From positions 248,001 to 312,000 of IMG/VR virus record IMGVR_UViG_3300027759_004177: a stretch of DNA of 64,000 nucleotides; one strand, given 5' to 3'. A model generated the notes under the pieces. The model ran no database searches. It was not told where the DNA came from and saw only the letters and a list, made by a program, of their open reading frames with translations. Of this stretch, positions 1 to 9,463 are shown piece after piece. Each line of letters starts with the position of its first letter. Position 1 is the stretch's first letter. The translations under genes and the position numbers were made by a program.

Positions 1-417
1 TCCAACTGTGCCGACTGTGGCGTTGGCAGTGATTTCTGTTGTGTTTGCTGCATTGGTCACTGCCACTGTGTTGACAGCAATGTTACCAGCAGCTGTTATT
101 AAACCTTTGCCGTTGACAGTGACAAAAGGAATCTGGCCATTTGCGCCACCCCAAGTGCCTGTGTTTGAGTTTACTGTGGCTAAAGTTACTGCCAAATTAC
201 TATAGTTACCGCCAGCAGCAGGATTAGTACTTGTGCCTGTGGCATCACCGCTGAGCGTGATTTTGTCATTTTGTGTCAGGTCTACGATTGCACTACCGGT
301 GGTGGTGTATAAACGCCCGTCTGTGCTGTTTATGCTTAACTCGCCCAGTGACAAGTTTGCCGTGACGGGAACCTTTCCTGCGGTGCTAGCTCTTTTTAAT
401 AATATTGTATTTGGCAT
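1..417 (-). CDS. Tail-fibre-like virion protein, N-terminal part (runs off the window edge)
   Basis: Not in the ORF track. ATG at 417-415 after ACAGGA; manual translation MPNTILLKRASTAGKVPVTANLSLGELSINSTDGRLY... stays open to position 1; this LKR..GKVP..L..GEL.IN..DG.LY start is typical of T4-like fibre proteins. Confidence 0.75.
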   Translation of the reverse strand, partial: MPNTILLKRASTAGKVPVTANLSLGELSINSTDGRLYTTTGSAIVDLTQNDKITLSGDATGTSTNPAAGGNYSNLAVTLATVNSNTGTWGGANGQIPFVTVNGKGLITAAGNIAVNTVAVTNAANTTEITANATVGTVG

Positions 418-432
418 CTTCTAATCCTGTTT

Positions 433-2655
433 TTAAAAACTACCGCCATCCATCACTTCTGACCCGTTGATTATCTTTACCCACGTGGTCCATGCACTTG
501 TACTATACTTGCTACGAGTCCAAAAAACATTGGGCCCAGTGGCGTTATCGTACGGTCTATAATTCTGTGTTATACTCACATTTCCTGTGTTTATAACTTC
601 TAGTTGTCCAGTAAAATTCAACGTGTTTAGCGGTGTATTGCTAGTTCCTGTCCAGCTATCTCTATTTATCAAATATACGCCCATAACAGTCAGCGTGTTC
701 CAGTCGTTTATGTCGTTGCCGCGATCCTGGAATATGTTTGTGGCTGAAATATTGCCACCAACGTTGAGATTGCCCGAGATGCCGGCACCGCCTACTACTA
801 CCAGGGCACCTGTGCTGGTATTTGTTGATACAGTAGCCGAGTTTGCTATTAAATTTCCGCCTACTATTTCTGTACCCAACACCAACTCTGTTTGTGTTTG
901 TACCACAGAGTTGGTAAAAGTCACAGTTCCGGCCACACTCAAATTGCCTTGTACTTCAAGATTGCCTGTGGTTTGTACGTTGGCAAAAGTTGTGAGTGCT
1001 GCTGCTGCTGCTGCATTGGCCACTGCGGCAATGTTGGCAGAAGCTACAGTACCACTTTGTGTTTGAATGGCGCTGATTGTGCCTGCTGGAGAAACAACAA
1101 TGGCCGTTGGGTTCGGAACTTGGACTGTGGGAATTGGTATGATCACAACAGCGCCAGATACTGCATCAGTTTTAATAGTTGCACCAGCTAGGTCAATGGT
1201 ATTGCCACTGAGGTACAAGCTACGGAAACGCTGGGTAGGACTACCAATATCGTAGGTTACATTGGCGCTGGGTAATATGTTTCCAGTGACTGTTATGTTG
1301 CCACCTATGTACAGGTTGCCAGCAACACCTGCCCCGCCTTTGACTACCAATGCACCGGTTATATTTGATGTTGATGCAGTTGTGCTTGTGACATTAATAG
1401 AGTCAGTGCTAATAACTTGACTGTATGAAATAGCTGCCAGTGATGTACCACCAAATGTGGAGTTTGCTTTGTCGTATACAGAGTGTAAGATAGAATAAAA
1501 ACCACCAAAACTGTTTCTTGCCACATTTGATAGATCGGGTATCAGTGTCTGACTGTTGTTTAATGTCAACACTGATCCAGCACTTTGTGTTATGGCGTTG
1601 GCCGTATTAGTGGCCGCGTAAACCAGCGTATCGGAAATCTGTAGCGTTCCTGCTGTCAAAACCACTGATCCCATGGTAGTAACTGCTTTGACCAAAACAC
1701 CAGCCGCGGCATTGTTTACAGTGACATTACCATAATTACCACCAACCATCACTGTTGTGCCAGTGCCAGTGATACTTAATGTAGATGAAGATAAATCACA
1801 TCCTCTAAAAACTGTATATGCACTTGATGTTTTTGTTGTTGCTGTGGATACTGTACAACCGATAATATCAACTGAACCAACCGATGAGTTTGCCGAGATA
1901 ACAAGATTGGTCATCTTTAGGCCTTCAATGGTACAACCTTTGGTTATGGTCAAATTGCCAGTTAAGGTTGTATTTTTGCCCACCAATTCGTGTGTGGTTA
2001 GCACAGTATACTGAGTACTGATAGTTACATCTTCAGTATAAGAACCCGGATGTAAAACGATTGTTTTTCTTTCGCCAACACCTGTTGTTTCAAATGCTGC
2101 TGCTGCTAGTACTTGAGCTCGAGCAATGGTTTTAACTGGATCACCAACTGTTCCGTTGCCGGTGTCGTCCAACGCAACCGGGCTGACATGTATTTCTGAG
2201 CTGTATCCTGTGATGTATACTCTTGTTGCATCTAGATAGTTGCTGTATGTAACTGCCCCAGTTGTTTCATTGTACTGTAACACTCTTTGAGTTGCATAAG
2301 AACTGGTAGCACCATTTTGAACATAAGCAGCTGTGATTGTTCCGCTGACATTTAAATTGCCGTTGATGTTGGCTCTACCTACCACTGTCAGTGCGCCAGT
2401 GATAATGTTCGCATAGGCAGTTACTGCAATATTTGAATCTGTTACTCCGGTGTTGCTGGTAAATGCTGTTACAAAAGTGTTGCCCGACTCGTTCCAATAC
2501 AGGGCTACGTTGCTGATCAATCCGTTGGCACGATTCATCAAGAAACCAACGTCTACGTTGGCCAATGTTGCTCCGCCGTTGAGTACCGTTATTGGATCCG
2601 TCAACGACGTAATTGCGGTGTTGAATTGTCCTATTTTTGGTCTGGTTAATGCCAT
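433..2655 (-). CDS. Fibre/receptor-binding virion protein with beta-helix-like insert and pyocin-knob-like C-terminus
   Basis: 740 aa, T/G/N/V-rich; STxxxTGALVVxGGxG repeats; DDTGNGTVGDPVKTIARA motif; C-terminal DWNTL..MGVY...GQLEV...ITQNY...WTRS...WTTW. Confidence 0.65.
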   Translation of the reverse strand: MALTRPKIGQFNTAITSLTDPITVLNGGATLANVDVGFLMNRANGLISNVALYWNESGNTFVTAFTSNTGVTDSNIAVTAYANIITGALTVVGRANINGNLNVSGTITAAYVQNGATSSYATQRVLQYNETTGAVTYSNYLDATRVYITGYSSEIHVSPVALDDTGNGTVGDPVKTIARAQVLAAAAFETTGVGERKTIVLHPGSYTEDVTISTQYTVLTTHELVGKNTTLTGNLTITKGCTIEGLKMTNLVISANSSVGSVDIIGCTVSTATTKTSSAYTVFRGCDLSSSTLSITGTGTTVMVGGNYGNVTVNNAAAGVLVKAVTTMGSVVLTAGTLQISDTLVYAATNTANAITQSAGSVLTLNNSQTLIPDLSNVARNSFGGFYSILHSVYDKANSTFGGTSLAAISYSQVISTDSINVTSTTASTSNITGALVVKGGAGVAGNLYIGGNITVTGNILPSANVTYDIGSPTQRFRSLYLSGNTIDLAGATIKTDAVSGAVVIIPIPTVQVPNPTAIVVSPAGTISAIQTQSGTVASANIAAVANAAAAAALTTFANVQTTGNLEVQGNLSVAGTVTFTNSVVQTQTELVLGTEIVGGNLIANSATVSTNTSTGALVVVGGAGISGNLNVGGNISATNIFQDRGNDINDWNTLTVMGVYLINRDSWTGTSNTPLNTLNFTGQLEVINTGNVSITQNYRPYDNATGPNVFWTRSKYSTSAWTTWVKIINGSEVMDGGSF

Positions 2656-2680
2656 TGGTTAAAATCCGTATATTATTGTA

Positions 2681-2688
2681 TATTTATC
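2681..2688 (-). promoter_or_regulatory. T4-like late promoter (GATAAATA)
   Basis: TAAATA core 25 nt upstream of the ATG at 2655, directly after a terminator. Confidence 0.65.
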
Positions 2689-2690
2689 GG

Positions 2691-2722
2691 AAAAAACAAA
2701 AGGGCCCTAAGGCCCTTTGTTT
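2691..2722 (-). terminator. Intrinsic terminator
   Basis: AAAGGGCC-TTAG-GGCCCTTT hairpin followed by TGTTTTTT on the minus strand. Confidence 0.85.
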
Positions 2723-2742
2723 GTTAACTATTTGATTAGTTG

Positions 2743-5505
2743 TTAGTTGCGACCAACTGCTATTTCTATAACTGCTTTGGTAGCACTTGGGAAATCACAC
2801 AAGGCTTTGCCAATCACTTGTCCTATCAGTGGATTTTCACTGGCTTTGGCATAACCAAATCCGGCACTGACCATCAAATCTCCCTTGCAAACTGGACCAA
2901 TTACATTACAAGGAACACGTCCTTGTAGTGCCACTGGAACTACGTTTGTACCGGTTAGGCCGCCATTCATCAAGTGTGCTGGGTTTGTACTTACTACACC
3001 GGCCACTGCTCGTGTTTCTACATCGGCTTGGGTAACTTCTGCGGCTCCACCAAACATGACCACAGTACCGGGAGCATAGGCTTTGTCTGCTTGATAGTTT
3101 TCTGCCAAGTCAGCGTATTTGGCCTGTGTTGACACACCATAGAATGTACTCCACCAACTGCTTACACTACCTAAATTGTATGTCAAGTTGGCTGTGGGCA
3201 CAATACTTCCTGTGATGGTCATTTCGCCGCCAACATACAATTTGCCACCAATACCAACGCCACCTGCTACAATCAATGCACCACTTGTGGTACTGGTTGA
3301 TACTGTACTGTTGGCCAGCATCAATGAACCAGCATACAAGTTACCTGCTGTTGATCCGGCAAAGTTGGCTGTTATATTTGGTTTGGTGGTTAATCCGTCA
3401 AAGACACGCACTGACTTTGTTATGCTGTCTCTAACAACACCAAAATACTTGGTTGTACCACTGACGTATTGTCCAACAATACCAATGTCTTGACTGTCGC
3501 CGGGGTTGGCATTGGCCAAGAAGCTGATTGGATTTTCAATGACCAGGGTGCTTGTACTTGTTGTTGATCCGGTGCCGCCAATTGTGATATTACCTTGCAA
3601 GTTAAAATTACCACCCACATACAAGTTGCCTTGCAGTCCAACACCACCGTTGACCCGTAGAGCACCTGTTGTGGTGCTGGTTGCTGTGGTAGCAATGTTG
3701 ACTTCCACACCGGCTGGACGACCTGCACGACTTTGTCCAACAATTCGCATACGCTCGTTGCCGGCCACAAAACCGTCGGTAGCAAACACAATGTCGTTGG
3801 TTTGGCCATATTCGCTGGTGGCGATGACCAATTCTCCGTCACCTGTGGTTCCTGCCGGAGCACTCATAAACAAGTAACCGTCATCGGCGCCGGTGATACC
3901 AAACGCAGCGGTATTAAATGTTTCTGACGTGATACCCATGTCTATCCAACCTGACTCATTGTCACCGTTGGAAGCGTAGGCAATGATGTCAGTTGAAGCA
4001 TCGGCACCCGAGTTGAAGTTTTTAATAGCCACTTGAACAAAGTCATCAGCGTTGCCGGTCAACACAGTTGACGCATTGGTTAGTCCTGAATTGGGTTGAT
4101 ATATTACTCTACCACTGGGTTGACTTGTAGCAGTTGTTCCTGATGTACCACGTGTGATTCCAGTGAACTGTGTTGACGTTTTGCTGGTGTAGTACATGAG
4201 TTCTGTGCCAGCATACAAGGCGCCGTGTACCAAGAATCCTGCGGTACTGTTTACAGTAAGTGTGGTTGCTGTGGTGTTGGCTGTGCTACTTATTGTGGCT
4301 GTAACGTTGGCGTCAACGATTAAGGCCTTGGCACCTGCGCCTTGATAAATGGCACCATTTTGTGATACCAAGTTACCTGTGACATTTAATCCGTCGCCGT
4401 TGATGAATCGTCCTTGTATTGCACCAGTGGCAAATCCACCTGCGGAGAACACAATGTCGCCACGAGCGCCATCAGCTGTGGCAAGGACTAAGTTACCACC
4501 AGTTGGGGTAGTGTTGGCGTAGGCAGGAGCACTTAGAAAAATATATCCGTCACCGGCCTTGGTCACAGCAAATGCAGGATCTGTAAAGGTGGTACTGCAA
4601 ACACCCATGTCAATGAAGCCGTTGTCATTGTCTGAACGATCGGCATAGGCAATAAAGTCTGTGCTGGCACTGATACCAGAATTACGATTGTGCAGGGCCA
4701 CTTGAGCAAATGAGTTGATATTGCCGGTAAACAAGGCAGCCGGATCTGTGATTGCTGCAACTGCTTCAAATTCTTTAGCCAAGGGTCCTTGGTAAATGGT
4801 TCCGCCATTGGCCACCAAGTTACCTGTGATATATAAACCGTCATCCTTTTTAAAACGACCTTGTTCTGTACTTGCACCAGCGGAGAATCCGTTGGCCGCA
4901 AACACAATATCGCCAAATACACCATCGGCTGTGGCTAAAACTAAGTTACCACCTGTAGGTGTGGAGTTGGCATAAATTGGCGCACTTAAAAAGATATATC
5001 CGTCGCCGGCCTTGGTCACTGCGTAAGTAGGATCACTAAACAGGCTACTGGCAATACCCATGTCAATGAAACCACCGGTATTGGTTCCTCTATCAGAATA
5101 GGCAATGAAATCGCTTGATGCACTGGTTCCCGAACTGCGGTTGGTCAATGCACTTTGAACAAATGCGTTGGCTGATTTGGCACCAATACCAATGGTATCT
5201 GTTAAGGCACCACTGGTTACAAATGCATCTGCTGTGTTGTCTGGACTAAAACTCAAATTACCACGCAGGCTGGTCAAAGCACCAGTCATTGTGTGTTCTA
5301 TGCCGTTGTCAATTTTGAATGTGATATTACTACCAGATCCAGTGTCTGTGATTGTGATTGACGAATCATTTTTGGCAATTTGGCTTACACCAACGTTACC
5401 AGTGATGTTTACGTCACCTGATGTGTTGATTGATCCTGTTGTTGCATCAATCGTTAGCGGTCCTACTGTAAGACCGTTGCGTACTACAAAGTTTCCGTTT
5501 GCCAT
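2743..5505 (-). CDS. Fibre/spike protein with three internal repeats and probable C-terminal intramolecular chaperone domain
   Basis: 920 aa; three copies of DFIAY...GFIDMG...DGYIFLSAP...LVLAT.DG..GDIVF; C-terminal YADLAENY...AGVVST.PA..MN...VALQGRVP...KGDL...IGKAL (Peptidase_G2/IMC-like). Confidence 0.65.
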   Translation of the reverse strand: MANGNFVVRNGLTVGPLTIDATTGSINTSGDVNITGNVGVSQIAKNDSSITITDTGSGSNITFKIDNGIEHTMTGALTSLRGNLSFSPDNTADAFVTSGALTDTIGIGAKSANAFVQSALTNRSSGTSASSDFIAYSDRGTNTGGFIDMGIASSLFSDPTYAVTKAGDGYIFLSAPIYANSTPTGGNLVLATADGVFGDIVFAANGFSAGASTEQGRFKKDDGLYITGNLVANGGTIYQGPLAKEFEAVAAITDPAALFTGNINSFAQVALHNRNSGISASTDFIAYADRSDNDNGFIDMGVCSTTFTDPAFAVTKAGDGYIFLSAPAYANTTPTGGNLVLATADGARGDIVFSAGGFATGAIQGRFINGDGLNVTGNLVSQNGAIYQGAGAKALIVDANVTATISSTANTTATTLTVNSTAGFLVHGALYAGTELMYYTSKTSTQFTGITRGTSGTTATSQPSGRVIYQPNSGLTNASTVLTGNADDFVQVAIKNFNSGADASTDIIAYASNGDNESGWIDMGITSETFNTAAFGITGADDGYLFMSAPAGTTGDGELVIATSEYGQTNDIVFATDGFVAGNERMRIVGQSRAGRPAGVEVNIATTATSTTTGALRVNGGVGLQGNLYVGGNFNLQGNITIGGTGSTTSTSTLVIENPISFLANANPGDSQDIGIVGQYVSGTTKYFGVVRDSITKSVRVFDGLTTKPNITANFAGSTAGNLYAGSLMLANSTVSTSTTSGALIVAGGVGIGGKLYVGGEMTITGSIVPTANLTYNLGSVSSWWSTFYGVSTQAKYADLAENYQADKAYAPGTVVMFGGAAEVTQADVETRAVAGVVSTNPAHLMNGGLTGTNVVPVALQGRVPCNVIGPVCKGDLMVSAGFGYAKASENPLIGQVIGKALCDFPSATKAVIEIAVGRN

Positions 5506-5535
5506 AGTTCCATATCTCCCTGTTGGCTATTTCTA

Positions 5536-7584
5536 TTAAATCGCTTGATACACTGAGTCAACTCTGACTATGGTGTTCGAATTTGTTGTGTTTCCGTACA
5601 ATATTAAATTTCCACTTACAATATTTGCTGTAAAATTAGTTAATGTATTACCAGCGGTACAAATTACACCATAGGTACTGATTGTGGGCGTAGTTCCGTT
5701 GTGTACAGCTAATATTTTTGCCACTTCTCTAATACTGGTGTTTCTAATGGTTGATGTTATTGTGTATTCAGCACTACTGTATGTGTTTGCAAAGAAGTAA
5801 TCAATAGGTGTGTCAACATTATCAATAACGATTGTTGTATTGCCTTTGACATTGACTTCAGCGCCAGATGTGTTCCACTGAGTGGTTGTGACCAATGAAG
5901 ATGTGCCTGTACCAATGTATACTCCGTCGTTGTCAACAGATACTTGCATAAAACCATTAGTACTGGCAATCTGTGTCACTGTTGAAGTTGTTGATAATCT
6001 GCGTACATCAATCAAGTCGCCAACAGCTGGAGCTTCAGTAAATGTTAGCGTTGCGCCTGACACTGAGTAAGCTGTGGTTGGTATTTGTAAAACACCGTTA
6101 ATTGCAACCACTGTGGCAGCTGTGGTACTGGTGCCAGCCATAGTAAAGGCCACTGTGGTTCCATCGCCGTTGAATGTTTCGCTGGTGATAACAGTAAACT
6201 GTGTGGTCAATGCTACCCAGGCTGAAGCACCGTAGTATTCTAATCCGTTATTGGTTGTGTTGTAGCGGAACATACCAGTGACATCTGTGCCGCCGGCACT
6301 ACTTGGACGTTGAGCACTGGTACCAACCGGTAACAGGATAGAATCTGTACTGTAAATTTGTAATTTAGCACCAGTAACCACGTTGGCTTGTACGGCGCTG
6401 TTACCAATAACCACTGCATCGTATGTGGCGTTGGGTCTGGCCCAGATCAAGGTCTCGTCGTTTTTGCCTTTGACTTTGAAGTCTTGTCCGGCAGTTTTTG
6501 TACTATTAATTGTAACACTATTGCCCAAAAATACGTTGCCTGCAACACCTAATCCACCAGCGGTTCTAACAGCGCCGGTAGTTGCACTGGTACTGTTTGT
6601 GGTGTTGGCTGAGAAGAACTCGCCTGCCTTGACGGTACCGTAAGATGTGCCTGTGAATACATTAGAAGATTCTGTACCAGCACCGTAAAATTCTAAAAAT
6701 TTAGTACTATTGGAACGACCCAAGAATGCATGTCCATCTACACCATCGTAGTAGTGGAACTTGATACCAATGTCTTTGCCGTCATCCACTGACCACGGTG
6801 CTAAGTTAGCAGTGGTATGCAAATTGATCACAGCATCTTGTACTGTCAAGTCTGCTGTACCAATTGTGGTACTTGCACCCAATACTATCAGGTTGCCAGT
6901 AATTACAGCGTTGCCAGTTAAGTTAAAGCTGCCGCCTACGTTCAAGTTGCCACTTATACCAGTTCCGCCCACCACTGTCAGTGCGCCAATTGATGTGCTG
7001 GTACTTTCTGTGCCACTGTGTGCTACTAGATTTCCGCCTACTTTGGTGATGCCGCCAATGTTGACAGCTCCGCCAATGCCTGTGCCACCTGTGACTACTA
7101 GTGCGCCATTGGTTGTGCTAGTAGATGCTTTGCTGTCACGTATAGTTGCGGTATTGGCTGTGATATTACCAATGATTAGATTGGCAAAGCCCGAATTGTT
7201 AACTGTACCGGTGGTTGTACCAGTTTCTGTGGTCATTACACCTTCAAAAGCTGTTTCGCTTTCGCGCCAGACCCAAGCAGCATTGACAGAACCATACGGA
7301 GCAAGACTGCTTAAATTACGATTGATCAGCATACCAATGTCATATGTTGGTGAGCTGGTGTAGTTGTTGTTGAACACAACGATTGGATCGTTGATGTAGG
7401 TGTTGATCGAATTTAACTGTGCAAAGCTGTTGGCCACAGTTAGATTACCAAGAATGGTAACGTTAGAATTTAGTGTTAAGTTAGCGTTAAACTTGCTACC
7501 AACCAAGGTTCCATCTTTGAGTTTTTGATACTCGATGGTATTGTCTGTGACTTGGTTATTTTTAATTCTTGTTAAAATCGTCAT
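5536..7584 (-). CDS. Virion structural/fibre protein
   Basis: 682 aa; GALVVxGG repeats, LPVGTSAQRP...GMFRYNT module, FNGDGTT.AFT...INGVLQ.P..Y...LTFTEAP beta-sandwich module. Confidence 0.6.
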   Translation of the reverse strand: MTILTRIKNNQVTDNTIEYQKLKDGTLVGSKFNANLTLNSNVTILGNLTVANSFAQLNSINTYINDPIVVFNNNYTSSPTYDIGMLINRNLSSLAPYGSVNAAWVWRESETAFEGVMTTETGTTTGTVNNSGFANLIIGNITANTATIRDSKASTSTTNGALVVTGGTGIGGAVNIGGITKVGGNLVAHSGTESTSTSIGALTVVGGTGISGNLNVGGSFNLTGNAVITGNLIVLGASTTIGTADLTVQDAVINLHTTANLAPWSVDDGKDIGIKFHYYDGVDGHAFLGRSNSTKFLEFYGAGTESSNVFTGTSYGTVKAGEFFSANTTNSTSATTGAVRTAGGLGVAGNVFLGNSVTINSTKTAGQDFKVKGKNDETLIWARPNATYDAVVIGNSAVQANVVTGAKLQIYSTDSILLPVGTSAQRPSSAGGTDVTGMFRYNTTNNGLEYYGASAWVALTTQFTVITSETFNGDGTTVAFTMAGTSTTAATVVAINGVLQIPTTAYSVSGATLTFTEAPAVGDLIDVRRLSTTSTVTQIASTNGFMQVSVDNDGVYIGTGTSSLVTTTQWNTSGAEVNVKGNTTIVIDNVDTPIDYFFANTYSSAEYTITSTIRNTSIREVAKILAVHNGTTPTISTYGVICTAGNTLTNFTANIVSGNLILYGNTTNSNTIVRVDSVYQAI

Positions 7585-7615
7585 GGCTCCGGTCCTTAAT
7601 TATGGGCATTATTGT

Positions 7616-7623
7616 TATTTATC
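7616..7623 (-). promoter_or_regulatory. T4-like late promoter (GATAAATA)
   Basis: TAAATA core upstream of the ATG at 7584; second copy AATAAATA at 7729-7722. Confidence 0.6.
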
Positions 7624-7732
7624 GCGGCCGTGAGAAAACGGTCCTTGCTGGGTTGTTTTTGCGGAGGACTTGGAAAATTAAATTGTGTCGTTAGCGATCA
7701 TCTGCTAAGAAGTTGATGTAGTATTTATTCGT

Positions 7733-9463
7733 TTAAAAAACACCGCCGGTTAATGCCACTCTTTTCCATGTGTTTGTAGCGGTACATACATAGACGTAAT
7801 TGGCATCCCAGCATACTTGTCCTGCCGTGCCTGTAGAAGTTGATGTTTTAGTTGCCTGCGGTGCTTGTAATACTCCACTTAGTGTAACATCATTGGTTAC
7901 AGTTAAATTGCCAGAAATAGTCAGGTCGTCGTATATTGTTTCGTTTACTGTAACAGCTGCACCTAAAAAACGTACATCAATCACGTCAGTGGCTTCTGGT
8001 GTTTCTGTAAAAGTAAGTTGGTCTCCGGTTACTGTGTATGCAGATGCGGGTCGCTGTAAAGTACCGTTAATACTTACAATTATACCAACTGTACTGGTTT
8101 CTTGATCTAGTGTGAATGTGGTGCTGACGCCGTCGCCGGTGATTTGCTGATCAGTAACAGTATTGGTAATTGGTATCCAAATTGATCCATTAAAGTATTC
8201 GAGCGCCGGAGTATCAGTATTATAACGAATCATACCGTTGGCGCCACTGGGCCGTTGTGCCGTTCCGCCAATTGGTACTTGTATTGCTGTATTACTATTG
8301 AACACAAATACGTTAGAGTGTGTTACGGTGCTGTTAGCAAATTGAAGATTACCAATGTTTGCTGTGGTTGCATCTAATCTAGTAAATGCACCGGTACTGG
8401 GCACAGCATTGCCAATTGGTGTGTTGTTGATAGCTGCAAATATACTTAAATTGGCTTGCAAGTTTCCTATGTACAGGTTTCCGCTAATACTGGCGCCGCC
8501 CCATACTTGCAATGCTCCTGTGTTAGGGCCAGTGGCCGGTGTGGTATTGGCTAAAATTAAAGAACCAGTTTTAATGGTTCCGTAGGCGCTGCCACTGAAT
8601 GTGTTGCCGGAGACTTCTGTTCCGCGGGCATACCATTCCAAGTAGCCAGTGTTATTGGCACGTACTAGAGCAGAATGACTATCTACGCCATCATAGTAGT
8701 GCATCTTGATACCGATGTCTTTTCCATCATTCACAGTCCATGGAGCCAAGTTTGCTTGTGTGTGTAAGTTTAAAATACTATCTGTGATGGTTAAATCACT
8801 GTATCCATAAAATGTGGTATTACCAATAATGTTTAAATTTGATGTGATAGTAACGTTGCCACTACTGCTGTTAATATTGTTACCAACTATGGTAATATTT
8901 CCCATTGTAATACCGCTAGGGAAACTGCTGATACCTTTGGCTCCCACATAACGGGCGCCTGTGATGTATATTTTTTTACCTGTGACAGCCGTTGGTACGT
9001 TGGTGTCAGGGAAGTTTAAAATACCAGATTGGTAGTCAAAGAACCAAGTGTCGCTGTTGCCAGATCCATCGCTGAACAACTGTGTGCCATAAGTCTGTGG
9101 TGCTGAGTTTCCAGCAGCGGCAGCGTAAACTTGAACTTGATATGTTGCCCCAAATTCTGATCCAATCCAGTCAACTTGATTTGTAAACCAAGTTCTGTTG
9201 GTACCACTAGCTGAAGTGTCTAATACGCACTCAATGGTGCTTGACAAGGTGTCTTGATACAATACCAATACGCTGGAATTACTGGCAGGTTTGACAGCAG
9301 GAATACTAACCGACTGTTGCCAGATTGTGTCACCTCGTGTTAAAATTGGGCTAGCGTTGGCTTCGTTAGAGGGGCTTTTGAAGGCGCTGGTATCTGTCTT
9401 GGCGACACCGGCACCAATTTTCTTATAGAGATAGTCGACTTTTTGTGCGTCTGTAATAGCCAT
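7733..9463 (-). CDS. Virion structural/fibre protein
   Basis: 576 aa; shares NLHT.ANLAPW.V.DGKDIGIK.HYYDGVD.H and P.G.TAQRP..GMIRYN modules with the neighbour; ends GQVCWDANYVYVCTATNTWKRVAL. Confidence 0.6.
   Translation of the reverse strand: MAITDAQKVDYLYKKIGAGVAKTDTSAFKSPSNEANASPILTRGDTIWQQSVSIPAVKPASNSSVLVLYQDTLSSTIECVLDTSASGTNRTWFTNQVDWIGSEFGATYQVQVYAAAAGNSAPQTYGTQLFSDGSGNSDTWFFDYQSGILNFPDTNVPTAVTGKKIYITGARYVGAKGISSFPSGITMGNITIVGNNINSSSGNVTITSNLNIIGNTTFYGYSDLTITDSILNLHTQANLAPWTVNDGKDIGIKMHYYDGVDSHSALVRANNTGYLEWYARGTEVSGNTFSGSAYGTIKTGSLILANTTPATGPNTGALQVWGGASISGNLYIGNLQANLSIFAAINNTPIGNAVPSTGAFTRLDATTANIGNLQFANSTVTHSNVFVFNSNTAIQVPIGGTAQRPSGANGMIRYNTDTPALEYFNGSIWIPITNTVTDQQITGDGVSTTFTLDQETSTVGIIVSINGTLQRPASAYTVTGDQLTFTETPEATDVIDVRFLGAAVTVNETIYDDLTISGNLTVTNDVTLSGVLQAPQATKTSTSTGTAGQVCWDANYVYVCTATNTWKRVALTGGVF
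8382..8433 (-). repeat. Copy 1 of a 52-bp dispersed inverted repeat
   Basis: Reverse complement matches 60531-60582 at 50/52 positions. Confidence 0.85.
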
